Positions 20,066 through 29,956 are shown, counted from the stretch's first letter. The stretch is 64,000 bases of DNA from Terriglobia bacterium (GCA_965223005.1 CBDCVK010000010.1:1-64000); one strand, 5' to 3'. The notes: generated by a model not told the origin, from the letters alone. Translations and numbers: made by a program.

Positions 20066-21304
20066 ATGGAAGGGAAGTTAACTATGGCGGCACCCATTGC
20101 TTGCGCGACCACATCCGTCGAAAAGCTTCTCAGTGACATTGACCCGGCGGTGAGCCGAATTCTGGACAAGGCCCTGGCCGACGTGGAGATCACGCCCGAG
20201 GAGGGCCTCACGCTGTTCCGCGCCCAAGGACGAGAGCTGCAGGCCCTGCTGCTCGCCGCTGACGCGATCCGCCGAGCCAAGGTGGGCGAGCAGGTGACCT
20301 TCGTAGTGGTCCGCAATATCAACTTCACCAATATCTGCTACACGGGCTGTCGCTTTTGTGCCTTTGGCAAGCACCGGGACGACCCGCAGGCTGAATTCCT
20401 CTCTCTGGAGGAGGTTGCTGCTCGGGCCGAGGAGGCCTGGGGGAGGGGCGCCACCGAAGTCTGCATCCAGGGCGGTCTGCATCCGGAGATTGACGGGTCC
20501 CACTACCGGGACATTCTGGTGGCTATTAAGTCGCGCGTCCCCAAAATCCACATCCATGCCTTTTCCCCATTCGAGATTAAATACGGCTCCGAACGGAGCG
20601 GGCTCAGCGTGGGGGACTTTCTGCGCATGCTGCGGGAGCACGGACTGGGCTCCACTCCCGGAACGGCGGCCGAGATTCTGGACGTTGATATAAGACGGAA
20701 ACTCACGCGCAACAAACTTTCCGCCGCGGAATGGGTGGGCGTTATCAAGACGGCCCACCGCCTGGGCATCCCCACCACATCGACCATCATGTATGGGCAC
20801 ATTGACGGGCCCGAGCACTGGGTGGCTCACCTGGCGCTGTTGCGCGACATCCAGAAAGAAACGGGGGGCTTCACCGAGCTGGTGCCTTTAGGCTTTGTGC
20901 ACTGGGAGGCGCCCATTTACCTGGCAGGGGAGGCCCGTCCCGGACCCACCGGCGTTGAGGATCTGCGCATGCACGCGGTCGCGCGGCTGATGCTGAACAA
21001 CTGGATCAACAACATCCAGGTCTCCTGGGTCAAGCTGGGCCCCAAGTTGGCCCAATACCTGCTCACCACAGGGGCCAACGACTTTGGCGGAACGCTGATG
21101 AACGAAACTATTTCCCGAGCCGCTGGTGCTCCCCATGGTCAGGAGCTGACGCCCACCGAGATGTGCCGCATGATTCGAGAACTGGGGCGCATCCCGGCGC
21201 AGCGCAACACCCTCTACGAGATTCTGGAAGTTTTCGACGACCACGACCCGCCCGACGTGAGCCCGCTCGTTCCTCGCACCGGACTTCAGCAGCTTCCTTC
21301 TTAG
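20066..21304 (+). CDS. cofH: FO synthase subunit CofH (radical SAM)
   Basis: RNINFTNICYTGCRFC, PGTAAEIL, NIQVSWVKLG, GGTLMNETISRAAG. Adjacent to cofG. Confidence 0.93.
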   Translation: MEGKLTMAAPIACATTSVEKLLSDIDPAVSRILDKALADVEITPEEGLTLFRAQGRELQALLLAADAIRRAKVGEQVTFVVVRNINFTNICYTGCRFCAFGKHRDDPQAEFLSLEEVAARAEEAWGRGATEVCIQGGLHPEIDGSHYRDILVAIKSRVPKIHIHAFSPFEIKYGSERSGLSVGDFLRMLREHGLGSTPGTAAEILDVDIRRKLTRNKLSAAEWVGVIKTAHRLGIPTTSTIMYGHIDGPEHWVAHLALLRDIQKETGGFTELVPLGFVHWEAPIYLAGEARPGPTGVEDLRMHAVARLMLNNWINNIQVSWVKLGPKLAQYLLTTGANDFGGTLMNETISRAAGAPHGQELTPTEMCRMIRELGRIPAQRNTLYEILEVFDDHDPPDVSPLVPRTGLQQLPS

Positions 21305-21369
21305 GGCTTGCTATCTCGCTTCGAACTCCTGGGTCTGCGACCGTTTCGTGATAGAGTTCTCGTATAGGG

Positions 21370-24234
21370 ATGATCCACAGGTCGGCCTGCCTCCTGCTGT
21401 TCCTCCTGTTTCTACTCGGCCCCGAGTTGCTTGGCGCCCAGGCTCGCCGGGAAGCGATCCTGGTGCTGGCCCAGCCGCCGGTGATTGAGCAATTCCTGGC
21501 CATCTACCCCGAGCGACCACTGCACCGCCACCGCCTCCACTCGCCCGAATGCACCGTGCGGATGGATCGGCTGCGGGCGCTGAAGGCCCGGCTCACCGGT
21601 GCAGTCCGTGCCGCGGGCGCCGAGGTTGTGGGAACTACCGAGGTGGTGCTGAACACGCTGCTGGTGCGGGCTACCGTCGAACAATTGGCCGTTTTGCGGA
21701 ACTTGCCTGGGGTGGAGTCCGCAGAATTTGCCCGCCAGTACACACTCTCACTCGATGGCGCGGCTCCCTTGCTACAGCTTGCCGAGGCGTGGACCCATCC
21801 GGCGATCGGCGGGGAGGAGAACGCCGGTCGAGGCATCAAGATCGCCATCGTAGATAGCGGTATTGACCACACCCACCCGATGTTCCAGGATGCGCAGCTC
21901 AGCCCGCCGGTTGGATTCCCCAAGGGGAACACGGCCTTGACCAACAACAAGGTGATTGTGGCGCGAAACTTTTCCACTGAATTCAGCGCGGCCGACACCG
22001 TGGGACATGGCACATTCGCCGCCGGGATTGCTGCCGGGCGTCGCGCGCAGGCACCGCAGGCTTCCATCAGCGGGGTAGCTCCGAAGGCCTTTCTCGGCAA
22101 CTACCGCGCCACCGACGACGAAGGATCGGCCACCGGATCCCGTGTTCTGGCGGCCATTGAGGCGGCCGTGCTGGACGGCATGGACGTTATCAACCTGAGC
22201 CTGGGCACCCGTGGAGCCCTGCCGCCCAGCGCAGATCCCTTTTTTGAAGGCATCAGCAACGCCACCGCGGCGGGTATCCTTGTGGTGGCGGCGGGCAATG
22301 ACGGCCCGGGAGTGCGCACGGTTACCTCACCCGCCACCCTCCCCCAGGTACTGGCCGTCGGCTCAACTACGAACTCCCGCGCCTTCTTTGCCACCGTGAA
22401 GGTCACTGCGGCAGAGCCCGTGCCCCCCTCGTTGGACGAAATCCGGGCCTTGCCTGGTAACGTCCCGGAGCAGACCGGACCCTTCGGGCCGGCCCCGCTA
22501 GCCGATGTGACCACGCTGGATCCCAGCGGGCTGGCCTGCCCACCCAGCGCCGAAGTTCCTTCCGGAATCAACCTGCCACCCAACAGCCTCCAGGGGAAGG
22601 TGGCGCTCGTCCGGCGGGGCATCTGTTTTTTCCGAGATAAAGTACAGAACGTGGCGGCCGCCGGCGCCGTCGGCGCCGTCATTTACAACCACCTTTCTGA
22701 TGCCGGGCCATTGCAAATGGACACGTCCGGAAACCAAATTCCCTCCATGAGCATCGGGAATGAAGACGGCCTGGTGTTTCGTGACTTCCTGCCCGGCAGC
22801 GGGCAGGTGCAAGTCTCCTTTGACCCGCAATTGGCGGCATGGCCAATCGAACCTGACGTGCTGGTGAGTACCAGCGGGCGCGGGCCGGCCCCAGACTTTA
22901 CAGTGAAGCCGGATCTGGTGGCACCGGGGGACTTTATCCTGTCCTCCACTCAGAGCCTCAACCCTTTCGGCGACATGTTTAGCGCCACGCGCTTCCTGGT
23001 GTCCGGTGGCACCAGTTTTGCCACGCCGATGGCTGCTGGAGCGGCGGCCTTAGTGCGCCAGGTGCATCCCGGCTACCGGCCCGAGCAAATCAAGTCTGCG
23101 CTGGTTAACACTGCCCTGCTCGTGACGACGACGGAAGACGGAGCGCCGGTGACCGCACAGAACGTTGGGGCGGGGCGGCTCAACGTGTTGGCTGCCCTGA
23201 CCACGCCCGTAGTGGCGGAGCCGGTGTCGCTCAGCTTCGGGGCCCGCTCACCGCTCTCTACGTTTCGGGACACCCGGCTGCTAACAATCTCCAATACCGG
23301 CAGCGCTTCGGACACGTTTACGCTGAGCGTCGTGCCCCAGCAGGCGGATCCCAACCTCACTATTGGACTGGACCGAACTGAGCTGACGCTGCCCCCCAAC
23401 CAGAGTGCCGAGGTGATCGTAACCATGTTCAATAGCGGATTGGTCCAGACGGTGGTCGAAGGGCGGATCAACGTGCTGAGCCAGGGAACCAGCGACAGCA
23501 TCCATGTTCCCTACTGGGTTACCTCCGTCGTGCCGGAAGTGAACCCGGGTGGGGTTGTGAACGGCGCCGATTTTCAAGCCGATGTAGGATTGGCACCCGG
23601 CTCCATCGTTTCGATTTTCGGTGTGGGGCTGGCTTCGGCAACCGCCGGAGCCACTGTCTTGCCGCTACCGACGGAACTTGGAGGTGCGAGCGTTGATTTG
23701 GAAGGGGTTCCCATGCCCCTGTTTTTCAGTTCAGCTGGCCAGGTGAACGCGCAAATTCCCCTCGAGGCGGCGCCCAATAGCACTGTTCTGGGGACGGTGA
23801 GCGTGGACGGCATCCGTAGCCAACCTTTTGAGGTACGCCTTAGCCCCTTCAGTCCTGCGTTATTCAGCCTCAGTCAGGACGGCCAAGGGCCCGGCGCTAT
23901 TCTCCACGCCAGCGGCGCGCTGGTGACGGCGGACAACGCGGCGCAAGCCGGGCAAACGGTGATGTTGTTTGGCACCGGGTTAGGCACGGTAACGAACCCG
24001 CCTGACACCGGCCAGATTGCCTCTTCCAATCCGCTTTCCATGACCATCACTACCCCGGGGGTGACGATTGGGGCAAGGGAAGCGCCGATCGACTTCTCGG
24101 GGCTGGCCCCGGGGTTTGTTGGCCTCTACCAGGTGAATGTCGTGGTCCCTTCCGGCTTGCCGCCAGGAGAGCATCCTGTGGTGCTCACCATAGGAGGCGT
24201 TTCCAGCAACACGGTTACGGTCTCCACCCGCTAA
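21370..24234 (+). CDS. S8 subtilase with PA domain and TIGR03437-like C-terminal domain
   Basis: Catalytic triad DSG/HGT/GTSFA. PA domain (VRRGIC). C-terminus LAPGSIVSIFG...QVNAQIP...GLAPGFVGLYQVN. Confidence 0.92.
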   Translation: MIHRSACLLLFLLFLLGPELLGAQARREAILVLAQPPVIEQFLAIYPERPLHRHRLHSPECTVRMDRLRALKARLTGAVRAAGAEVVGTTEVVLNTLLVRATVEQLAVLRNLPGVESAEFARQYTLSLDGAAPLLQLAEAWTHPAIGGEENAGRGIKIAIVDSGIDHTHPMFQDAQLSPPVGFPKGNTALTNNKVIVARNFSTEFSAADTVGHGTFAAGIAAGRRAQAPQASISGVAPKAFLGNYRATDDEGSATGSRVLAAIEAAVLDGMDVINLSLGTRGALPPSADPFFEGISNATAAGILVVAAGNDGPGVRTVTSPATLPQVLAVGSTTNSRAFFATVKVTAAEPVPPSLDEIRALPGNVPEQTGPFGPAPLADVTTLDPSGLACPPSAEVPSGINLPPNSLQGKVALVRRGICFFRDKVQNVAAAGAVGAVIYNHLSDAGPLQMDTSGNQIPSMSIGNEDGLVFRDFLPGSGQVQVSFDPQLAAWPIEPDVLVSTSGRGPAPDFTVKPDLVAPGDFILSSTQSLNPFGDMFSATRFLVSGGTSFATPMAAGAAALVRQVHPGYRPEQIKSALVNTALLVTTTEDGAPVTAQNVGAGRLNVLAALTTPVVAEPVSLSFGARSPLSTFRDTRLLTISNTGSASDTFTLSVVPQQADPNLTIGLDRTELTLPPNQSAEVIVTMFNSGLVQTVVEGRINVLSQGTSDSIHVPYWVTSVVPEVNPGGVVNGADFQADVGLAPGSIVSIFGVGLASATAGATVLPLPTELGGASVDLEGVPMPLFFSSAGQVNAQIPLEAAPNSTVLGTVSVDGIRSQPFEVRLSPFSPALFSLSQDGQGPGAILHASGALVTADNAAQAGQTVMLFGTGLGTVTNPPDTGQIASSNPLSMTITTPGVTIGAREAPIDFSGLAPGFVGLYQVNVVVPSGLPPGEHPVVLTIGGVSSNTVTVSTR

Positions 24235-24292
24235 ATCCGGGGAAATCCGAGGTCCGAACTCCAACGTCAAGAGTCGGGGGCAACGCAAAAAC

Positions 24293-24344
24293 GAATTAGC
24301 TCTTGGGTCTGGCCCGAGAATTAGCTCTTGGGTCTGGCCCGAGA
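24293..24344. repeat. 25-bp exact tandem duplication
   Basis: GAATTAGCTCTTGGGTCTGGCCCGA x2. Confidence 0.9.
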
Positions 24345-24379
24345 CTTTGGGCCCGGGACTTGGGACGAATGGCCCTGGA

Positions 24380-24529
24380 CTAGCCGATCCCCAGTTCGTC
24401 CGTGCGTTCCAGGGGCGAGCCGCACTGGCTGCAGATCATTGCGTGGCAGTCGCCGCATTCGAGCGGACGCGCCGGGGCGTCGCACCGCGGGCAGTACATC
24501 GTTTCGGGCGCCTCCCATTGCTCGGCCAC
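24380..24529 (-). CDS. Small Cys-rich (3x CxxC) metal-binding protein, 49 aa, not in the ORF track
   Basis: MAEQWEAPETMYCPRCDAPARPLECGDCHAMICSQCGSPLERTDELGIG with GTG start. Divergent from pfkA. Confidence 0.75.
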   Translation of the reverse strand: MAEQWEAPETMYCPRCDAPARPLECGDCHAMICSQCGSPLERTDELGIG

Positions 24530-24588
24530 GTCCTGTATTATATCCGCGCGGTGGAACAGAGGGGCTTCGCCACTCGGAGAGGAAAGCG

Positions 24589-25687
24589 ATGAGCGACAAG
24601 GTGAAAACCATTGGCGTGTGCACCGGTGGAGGTGACTGTCCCGGGTTGAATGCTGTCATCCGCGGGCTGGTCAAGTCAGCTATCGGGGCGCACGGCTGGC
24701 GTGTGGTGGGCATCGAAGACGGTTTTGACCGGCTTGATCTGGCCGGACAAGAGCCGCGAATTGACGCTCGCGAACATCAGTGGCATCCTGCCTCGCGGCG
24801 GCACCATTCTGGGGACAACCAACCGTGGCAACCCGTTCTCCTACAAGCTGGAGGAAAGGGGACAGACGGTGGTCAAGGATTATTCCGGTCGGGTGATCGA
24901 CAACGCCCAAGCGATGGGCGTAGATGCCGTGGTGGTGATCGGCGGCGATGGCACGCAGAAAATTGCGCTAGATCTGTTCCGTAAGGGGCTACCGGTGGTC
25001 GGCGTGCCCAAGACCATTGACAACGACCTGTCGGCCACTGATCAGACGTTCGGGTTTGACACCGCCGTCCAGACGGCCAGCGAGGCAATTGACCGGCTGC
25101 ACACCACCGCGGAGAGCCACCATCGCATCATGATCCTGGAAGTGATGGGGCGCGATGCCGGTTGGATCGCGCTCCATGCCGGCATCGCCGGCGGCGCCCA
25201 CATTATTCTGATCCCCGAGATTGCCTTTCGCCTGCAGAGTATCCAGCGCAGCGTCCAGCATCGGGAGCTGGATGGAAGTAAATACAGCCTGGTGGTGGTG
25301 GCCGAAGGCGTCACCCACGTTGACGGCCGGCCCATTACCGAGGTAGCCGAGGAGCGCAGGCAGACCCTTCGCGGCGGGTCAGTCTCCAGCATCCTGAGCG
25401 AATGCATTGCCTCGGCTTGCCGTCGCGAAACGCGAGTGACCGTGCTGGGGCACATCCAGCGTGGAGGCTCACCCTCCGCCTTCGATCGCGTGCTCAGCTC
25501 CCGCTTCGGCGTTGCGGCCGTGGACCTGGTTGCTCGGGGCGAGTTCGGGCGCATGGTCTGCCTGCGCGGCAGCCGCATCGCAAGCACCACCCTGGAGGAG
25601 GCGATCGGCGTCATAAAGGCCGTGAACCCGAACGACGAACTGGTGCACACCGCCAAAGCTCTGGGGATTAGTTTCGGAGACTCCTAG
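24589..25687 (+). CDS. pfkA: 6-phosphofructokinase (group III-like), +1 frameshift at about 24730
   Basis: TGGGDCPGLNAVIR in one frame; GGTILGT, GGDGT, PKTIDND, MGR in the next. Removing one C gives DGFDGLIWPD. Confidence 0.9.
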
Positions 25688-25718
25688 CGCCCTGAACTTT
25701 GTGGTATGATCTGCGCCG

Positions 25719-26087
25719 ATGCCGAGTAACTACATCCCCATCGTCATCTTTGTTCTGCTGGCCCTTGCCTTTCCCACGGTGACGCTGCTGGCCGCCAAGC
25801 TGATTCGCCCCGAAGCGCCCTATAAAGAGAAGATGACTCCCTACGAATGTGGGGTTGAGCCGGTCTCCAATTCCCGAGGCCGGTATGCCGTGCGCTTCTA
25901 CATCATCGCCATCCTGTTCGTCATCTTCGGGGTAGAGACCATTTTCCTTTTCCCCTGGGCCGTCCAATACACCGGTTGGATTCCCAAGTTCAAGTTCTTC
26001 GGTATGGTGGAGATGGGAGTCTTCCTCGGAATCCTGCTCGTCGGATACATCTGGATTTACAAGAAGGGCGCGCTGGAGTGGATCTAG
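25719..26087 (+). CDS. nuoA: NADH-quinone oxidoreductase subunit A
   Basis: PYECG, FYIIAILFVIF, FLFPWA, KKGALEW. Confidence 0.93.
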   Translation: MPSNYIPIVIFVLLALAFPTVTLLAAKLIRPEAPYKEKMTPYECGVEPVSNSRGRYAVRFYIIAILFVIFGVETIFLFPWAVQYTGWIPKFKFFGMVEMGVFLGILLVGYIWIYKKGALEWI

Positions 26088-26138
26088 TGAGCAGGCTTCC
26101 TGCCTGTCTACATACGCAGTTGGCTTGAGCTTGCCCTG

Positions 26139-26249
26139 ATGGTGATTGGAATTTCCGGCGGCTCCGGCTATGGCAAGACCACGGTCGCAGGCCACATCGT
26201 GGATGCCCCGGGCGACCCCATCATTTGACTTCAGCAAGACCGTTACTGC
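26139..26249 (+). pseudogene. Uridine kinase-like P-loop remnant
   Basis: MVIGISGGSGYGKTTVAGHIVD..., an in-frame TGA at 26226, then LQQDRY. Confidence 0.55.
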
Positions 26250-26329
26250 CCACTACCGCCCACTACTGCTAAGGATCTCTCGTACCTGCCTCCGAAAAGG
26301 CCGGCCCCACGTTCGCACGGCCTGTGCGC

Positions 26330-26818
26330 TTAGGCCTGGCTGCCGAAGTGGGGCAGGAGGCGGCGATAGGTCGTGGGCAGGTCTTCTGGCAGAACGCGGG
26401 TTTCGCCCACAACGGTCATGAAGTTCGAATCGGCAAACCAACGGGGCAGCAGGTGGAGGTGGAGATGACCGGCGACGCCGGCTCCGGCACACTGGCCGAT
26501 GTTGATGCCGACGTTAAAACCGTCCGGGCGGTACTCGGCGCGCAGGGCGCGCTCGGCCACCTGCGCCAGCCGCATCATTTCGGCTAGCGTTTCCGGCGCC
26601 ATCCCCGACAAGTCCGGCACGTGGTCGTAGGGCACGATCATCAGATGCCCGGTGCTGTAGGGGTAGAGGTTGAGCAGGACGTAGTTCCAACGCCCACGGT
26701 GGAGGATGTAGCTCTCCCGGTCTTGCGAGTTCTGCAGGTGCGCGCAGAAGATGCAACCGGAAGGCTCCGGGCCCCGGCTCACATACTGGTAGCGCCAGGG
26801 GCTCCAGAGGTAGTCCAT
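26330..26818 (-). CDS. HIT-family (Ap4A/FHIT-like) hydrolase
   Basis: LWSPWR, CIFC, NLYPY, GAGVAGHLHLH. Confidence 0.92.
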   Translation of the reverse strand: MDYLWSPWRYQYVSRGPEPSGCIFCAHLQNSQDRESYILHRGRWNYVLLNLYPYSTGHLMIVPYDHVPDLSGMAPETLAEMMRLAQVAERALRAEYRPDGFNVGINIGQCAGAGVAGHLHLHLLPRWFADSNFMTVVGETRVLPEDLPTTYRRLLPHFGSQA

Positions 26819-26827
26819 AGTGGACGG

Positions 26828-27175
26828 TCAGCTGGAGGCTGCCGAAGTGGGCTGAGGCGGCTGCGCTGGTTCCGGCGACGTATGGGCTCCCGCTCCGGCG
26901 TTGGCATTGATCAGATCCTTCAGTTCCTTGCTGGGCTTAAAGAAGGGAATCTTCTTGGCCGGCACTTCCACCTTCTCGCCGGTCTTCGGGTTGCGGCCGG
27001 TGCGCGGTTTGCGCTGCCGCGTGCGGAAGCTGCCAAAGCCGCGAATCTCAATCTTTTCATCGCGGCGCAGCGCCCGGACGACGCTGTCAAAAACGGTTTC
27101 CACAATGGACTCGGAGTCCTTGCGGGTCATCTCTACTGCTCGGGAGACTTCATCGATCAGATCCGCTTTGGTCAT
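26828..27175 (-). CDS. ihfB: HU/IHF-family protein (IHF beta-like)
   Basis: MTKADLI, IEIRGFGSF, GRNPKTGE, FKPSKELK. Lies downstream of rpsA. Confidence 0.85.
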   Translation of the reverse strand: MTKADLIDEVSRAVEMTRKDSESIVETVFDSVVRALRRDEKIEIRGFGSFRTRQRKPRTGRNPKTGEKVEVPAKKIPFFKPSKELKDLINANAGAGAHTSPEPAQPPQPTSAASS

Positions 27176-27302
27176 AGCAGTATTCCCCAGCGCCTTTCGC
27201 AACAAAGCCCTTATTTACTAGAAAAACAGTCGCAGATGCAACCACTCTTTAGGCGTGAGGGGAGTGCGCGGCGGCACCTCCCGCCACCTGCCGAAACCGC
27301 TG

Positions 27303-29060
27303 TCAACTTTCCGTTTGCGAGCCACCCCGTTCCTTCAAGCCGACCATCTCTTCCAGAGTGGACGTGGCGGGGCCCTGCTGTTGCAGGTATTCCTCGATAT
27401 CCCGGCGCTCGGCCTCCGTAGCAACTGCGCGCAGGCTCAACCCGATCTTCTTTTCCGCCGGGTTCAGCTTGATGATCTTGAAGTCGTACTCCCGCTCGAG
27501 TTCCAACAGTTCGGCGGCCTGCGGGCGATTCTGAGGCGTGCCCGAGGGCAGTTCCGAAATGTGACAGAGCCCTTCGACTCCCTCGGCCAGTTCGACAAAT
27601 GCGCCAAAGGAAGCCAGCCGCGTCACACGCCCCCGCACCACGTCCCCCAATTGGTACTGAGTGAAGAACGATTCCCACGTGTCCGGTTGCAGTTGCTTGA
27701 TGCCCAGCGAGAGGCGCCGGTTTTCGGCGTCAATGTGGAGGATGACGGCTTCCACTTTGTCCCCTTTGCGGAGCGCTTCCGAGGGGTTCTTGATGCGCTT
27801 GTTCCGCGAGATGTCGCTAACGTGGACTAGGCCATCAATGCCCTCTTCCACCTCGATGAAGGCGCCAAAATCCGTCAGGTTGCGAACGCGGCCCTTGACG
27901 CGGTCACCTACCTGATATCGCTCGGCAAGCGTGTCCCAGGGGTTGGGCTCGGTCTGCCGGAGGCTGAGGGAGATGCGCCGCTCAGCCGGGTGGACATCCA
28001 GGATGTCGGCCTCCACCATGCCGCCAATCGAGACAATCTTGGACGGGTGCTTCAGCCGCTTGCTCCAAGTCATCTCGGAAATGTGGATCAGGCCTTCCAC
28101 ACCCGGTTCCAGCTCCACGAACGCGCCGTAATCAGCAACACTGACCACTTTACCCCGCACACGATAGCTTACCGGGTATTTCTCCTCGGCGTTGGTCCAC
28201 GGGTCCTGGTAAAGCTGCTTGAGGCCGAGCGAGACCCGCTCTTTGTCCCGGTCGAGTTTGAGTACCACCACATCCACTTCGTCATTCACCTGAAGGATTT
28301 CCGACGGGTGGTTTACTCGCCCCCAGGACAAATCGGTGACGTGCAACAGACCGTCGATGCCACCCAGATCAATGAATACACCGTAATCGGTGATGTTCTT
28401 CACCGCGCCGCGGACCACCGCCCCTTCGAACAGCGCGTTGAGCGTTCGCTCCTTGCGGAGCGCGCTTTCTTCCTCCAGGAGGAGTTTGCGCGACACGACG
28501 ATATTGCCGCGTTTCCGGTTCAGTTTGATCACTCTCACCTGGATCTGCTGGCCCCGGAGGGCATCCAAGTGACGTACCGGCTTCGTGTCCACCTGAGAGC
28601 CGGGTAGAAAGGCGCGGACCCCGACATCCACCGACAGCCCGCCCTTGATTCGGTCAATCACTCGCCCGCTCAACGCTGTCTGTTGCTGGTAGGCGCGCTC
28701 AATCTCCTCCCAGACCTTAATGCGCTCCGCTTTCTCCCGCGAAAGCCGGATGTAGCCTTCGTGTTCCGCGGGATTTTCCAGGATGACATCTACCTGGTCG
28801 CCGACCTGGACGGTAATGTTCCCCTCCTGGTCGCGGAATTGCCGGACTGGGATCAGCCCCTCGCACTTGTACCCAACGTCCACAATGACCTCGTTCTCGG
28901 TGATCTTGAGAATCCGGCCCGGCAAAAGGTCGCCTTGCTGAAGGGAGGCGGAAGCAGAGTAGGAATCCAGCAATTTCTGGTAGTCTTCGGCGGTGCTGTT
29001 GGCGGAAGTTGCGCTGTGCTCCGTTTGCGTGCGCTTCAGCAACTCCTGTTCGCCTGCCAC
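27303..29060 (-). CDS. rpsA: 30S ribosomal protein S1
   Basis: Six S1 repeats (FLPGSQVD, DGLLHVTDLSW, EGLIHISEM). AGGAGG precedes the GTG at 29060. Confidence 0.96.
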   Translation of the reverse strand: MAGEQELLKRTQTEHSATSANSTAEDYQKLLDSYSASASLQQGDLLPGRILKITENEVIVDVGYKCEGLIPVRQFRDQEGNITVQVGDQVDVILENPAEHEGYIRLSREKAERIKVWEEIERAYQQQTALSGRVIDRIKGGLSVDVGVRAFLPGSQVDTKPVRHLDALRGQQIQVRVIKLNRKRGNIVVSRKLLLEEESALRKERTLNALFEGAVVRGAVKNITDYGVFIDLGGIDGLLHVTDLSWGRVNHPSEILQVNDEVDVVVLKLDRDKERVSLGLKQLYQDPWTNAEEKYPVSYRVRGKVVSVADYGAFVELEPGVEGLIHISEMTWSKRLKHPSKIVSIGGMVEADILDVHPAERRISLSLRQTEPNPWDTLAERYQVGDRVKGRVRNLTDFGAFIEVEEGIDGLVHVSDISRNKRIKNPSEALRKGDKVEAVILHIDAENRRLSLGIKQLQPDTWESFFTQYQLGDVVRGRVTRLASFGAFVELAEGVEGLCHISELPSGTPQNRPQAAELLELEREYDFKIIKLNPAEKKIGLSLRAVATEAERRDIEEYLQQQGPATSTLEEMVGLKERGGSQTES

Positions 29061-29269
29061 TGTGGCTTGCCTCCTAAAAAGACCTGTCTTCTTGTCTGCC
29101 TTACGGAGATCTGGTAGCCGCCGCCGCACCCTCAGGCCTGGGTAGCGGTGCTCGCGGGCTGGCCTGTTGCCAAATCACTGGCCCAGAAGTCAAATACTCT
29201 CCCTCGAACTAACGGAATCTGTGTCCTGCCAATTCATGGGTACATTACATGGATACGTGGCGTAAAGCC

Positions 29270-29298
29270 ACTATATCGAATTCACCCAGCGGTGTCAA
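29270..29298 (-). promoter_or_regulatory. Near-consensus sigma70 promoter of rpsA
   Basis: TTGACA-17bp-TATAGT. Confidence 0.8.
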
Positions 29299-29425
29299 CG
29301 AACGGTCCGACTACCGCCGTCGCCCGCAGGTAAGCCAAAAGAGGTGCCTCGGCCCCCAGTCACGTTCTTACAAACTCTCGTCGAAGTCAACGGCCGAGTC
29401 GGCTGGATTCGCGGCCCAGGAAGCG

Positions 29426-29830
29426 TCACAGGAGAGCGGGGTCCAACGCGCCGGCTTCCTCCATAGGAGCGGCGGAGGGTGCTGCCGGAGCCGAGGTCCC
29501 GGAGCCAGGCAGGTGCGCCAGCAACAGATCGCGCGACCCCCCGAAATAATGTTCCAACAGTCGCGCCAGAGCTGCTTCGCGGGCTGCGGCCTGCGTGTAC
29601 ACGGCGTCATAGACGTGGGCACGGCCCGACTTGCGGCGGCTCACGATGCCTTTCCGCGCCAGCCGGTCGAGCACGGTCAGAACGGTCGTGTACGCCAGCG
29701 CGCGGCGCGGCAGCAGGCCCTCGCGAATGTCTCGCACTGTCAACGAGCCGTTGTCCCACAGCACGTTCATGCATTCCAGTTCCAGTTCGGGCAGGTCCCT
29801 TCGACGGCCGGTTCCAGGCTTACGGGACAT
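29426..29830 (-). CDS. BlaI/MecI/CopY family regulator
   Basis: LELECMNVLW, LAYTTVLTVLDRLARKG, RAHVY. Confidence 0.9.
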   Translation of the reverse strand: MSRKPGTGRRRDLPELELECMNVLWDNGSLTVRDIREGLLPRRALAYTTVLTVLDRLARKGIVSRRKSGRAHVYDAVYTQAAAREAALARLLEHYFGGSRDLLLAHLPGSGTSAPAAPSAAPMEEAGALDPALL

Positions 29831-29956
29831 GGCTATTCCTCCGAGTGCTGGGCCGGGGCGCAAGAGGCAGCCGGGAAGGAGTGGAGGAAGCTGGGGCAGC
29901 AGGTAGCAAACCAGAACGGATTTCACGCAACTTCCACAGCCCGCTCAGACTCCGCG

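Noticed and set aside
24293-24344. CRISPR-like repeat
   Set aside because: Two adjacent copies with no spacer and no cas genes.
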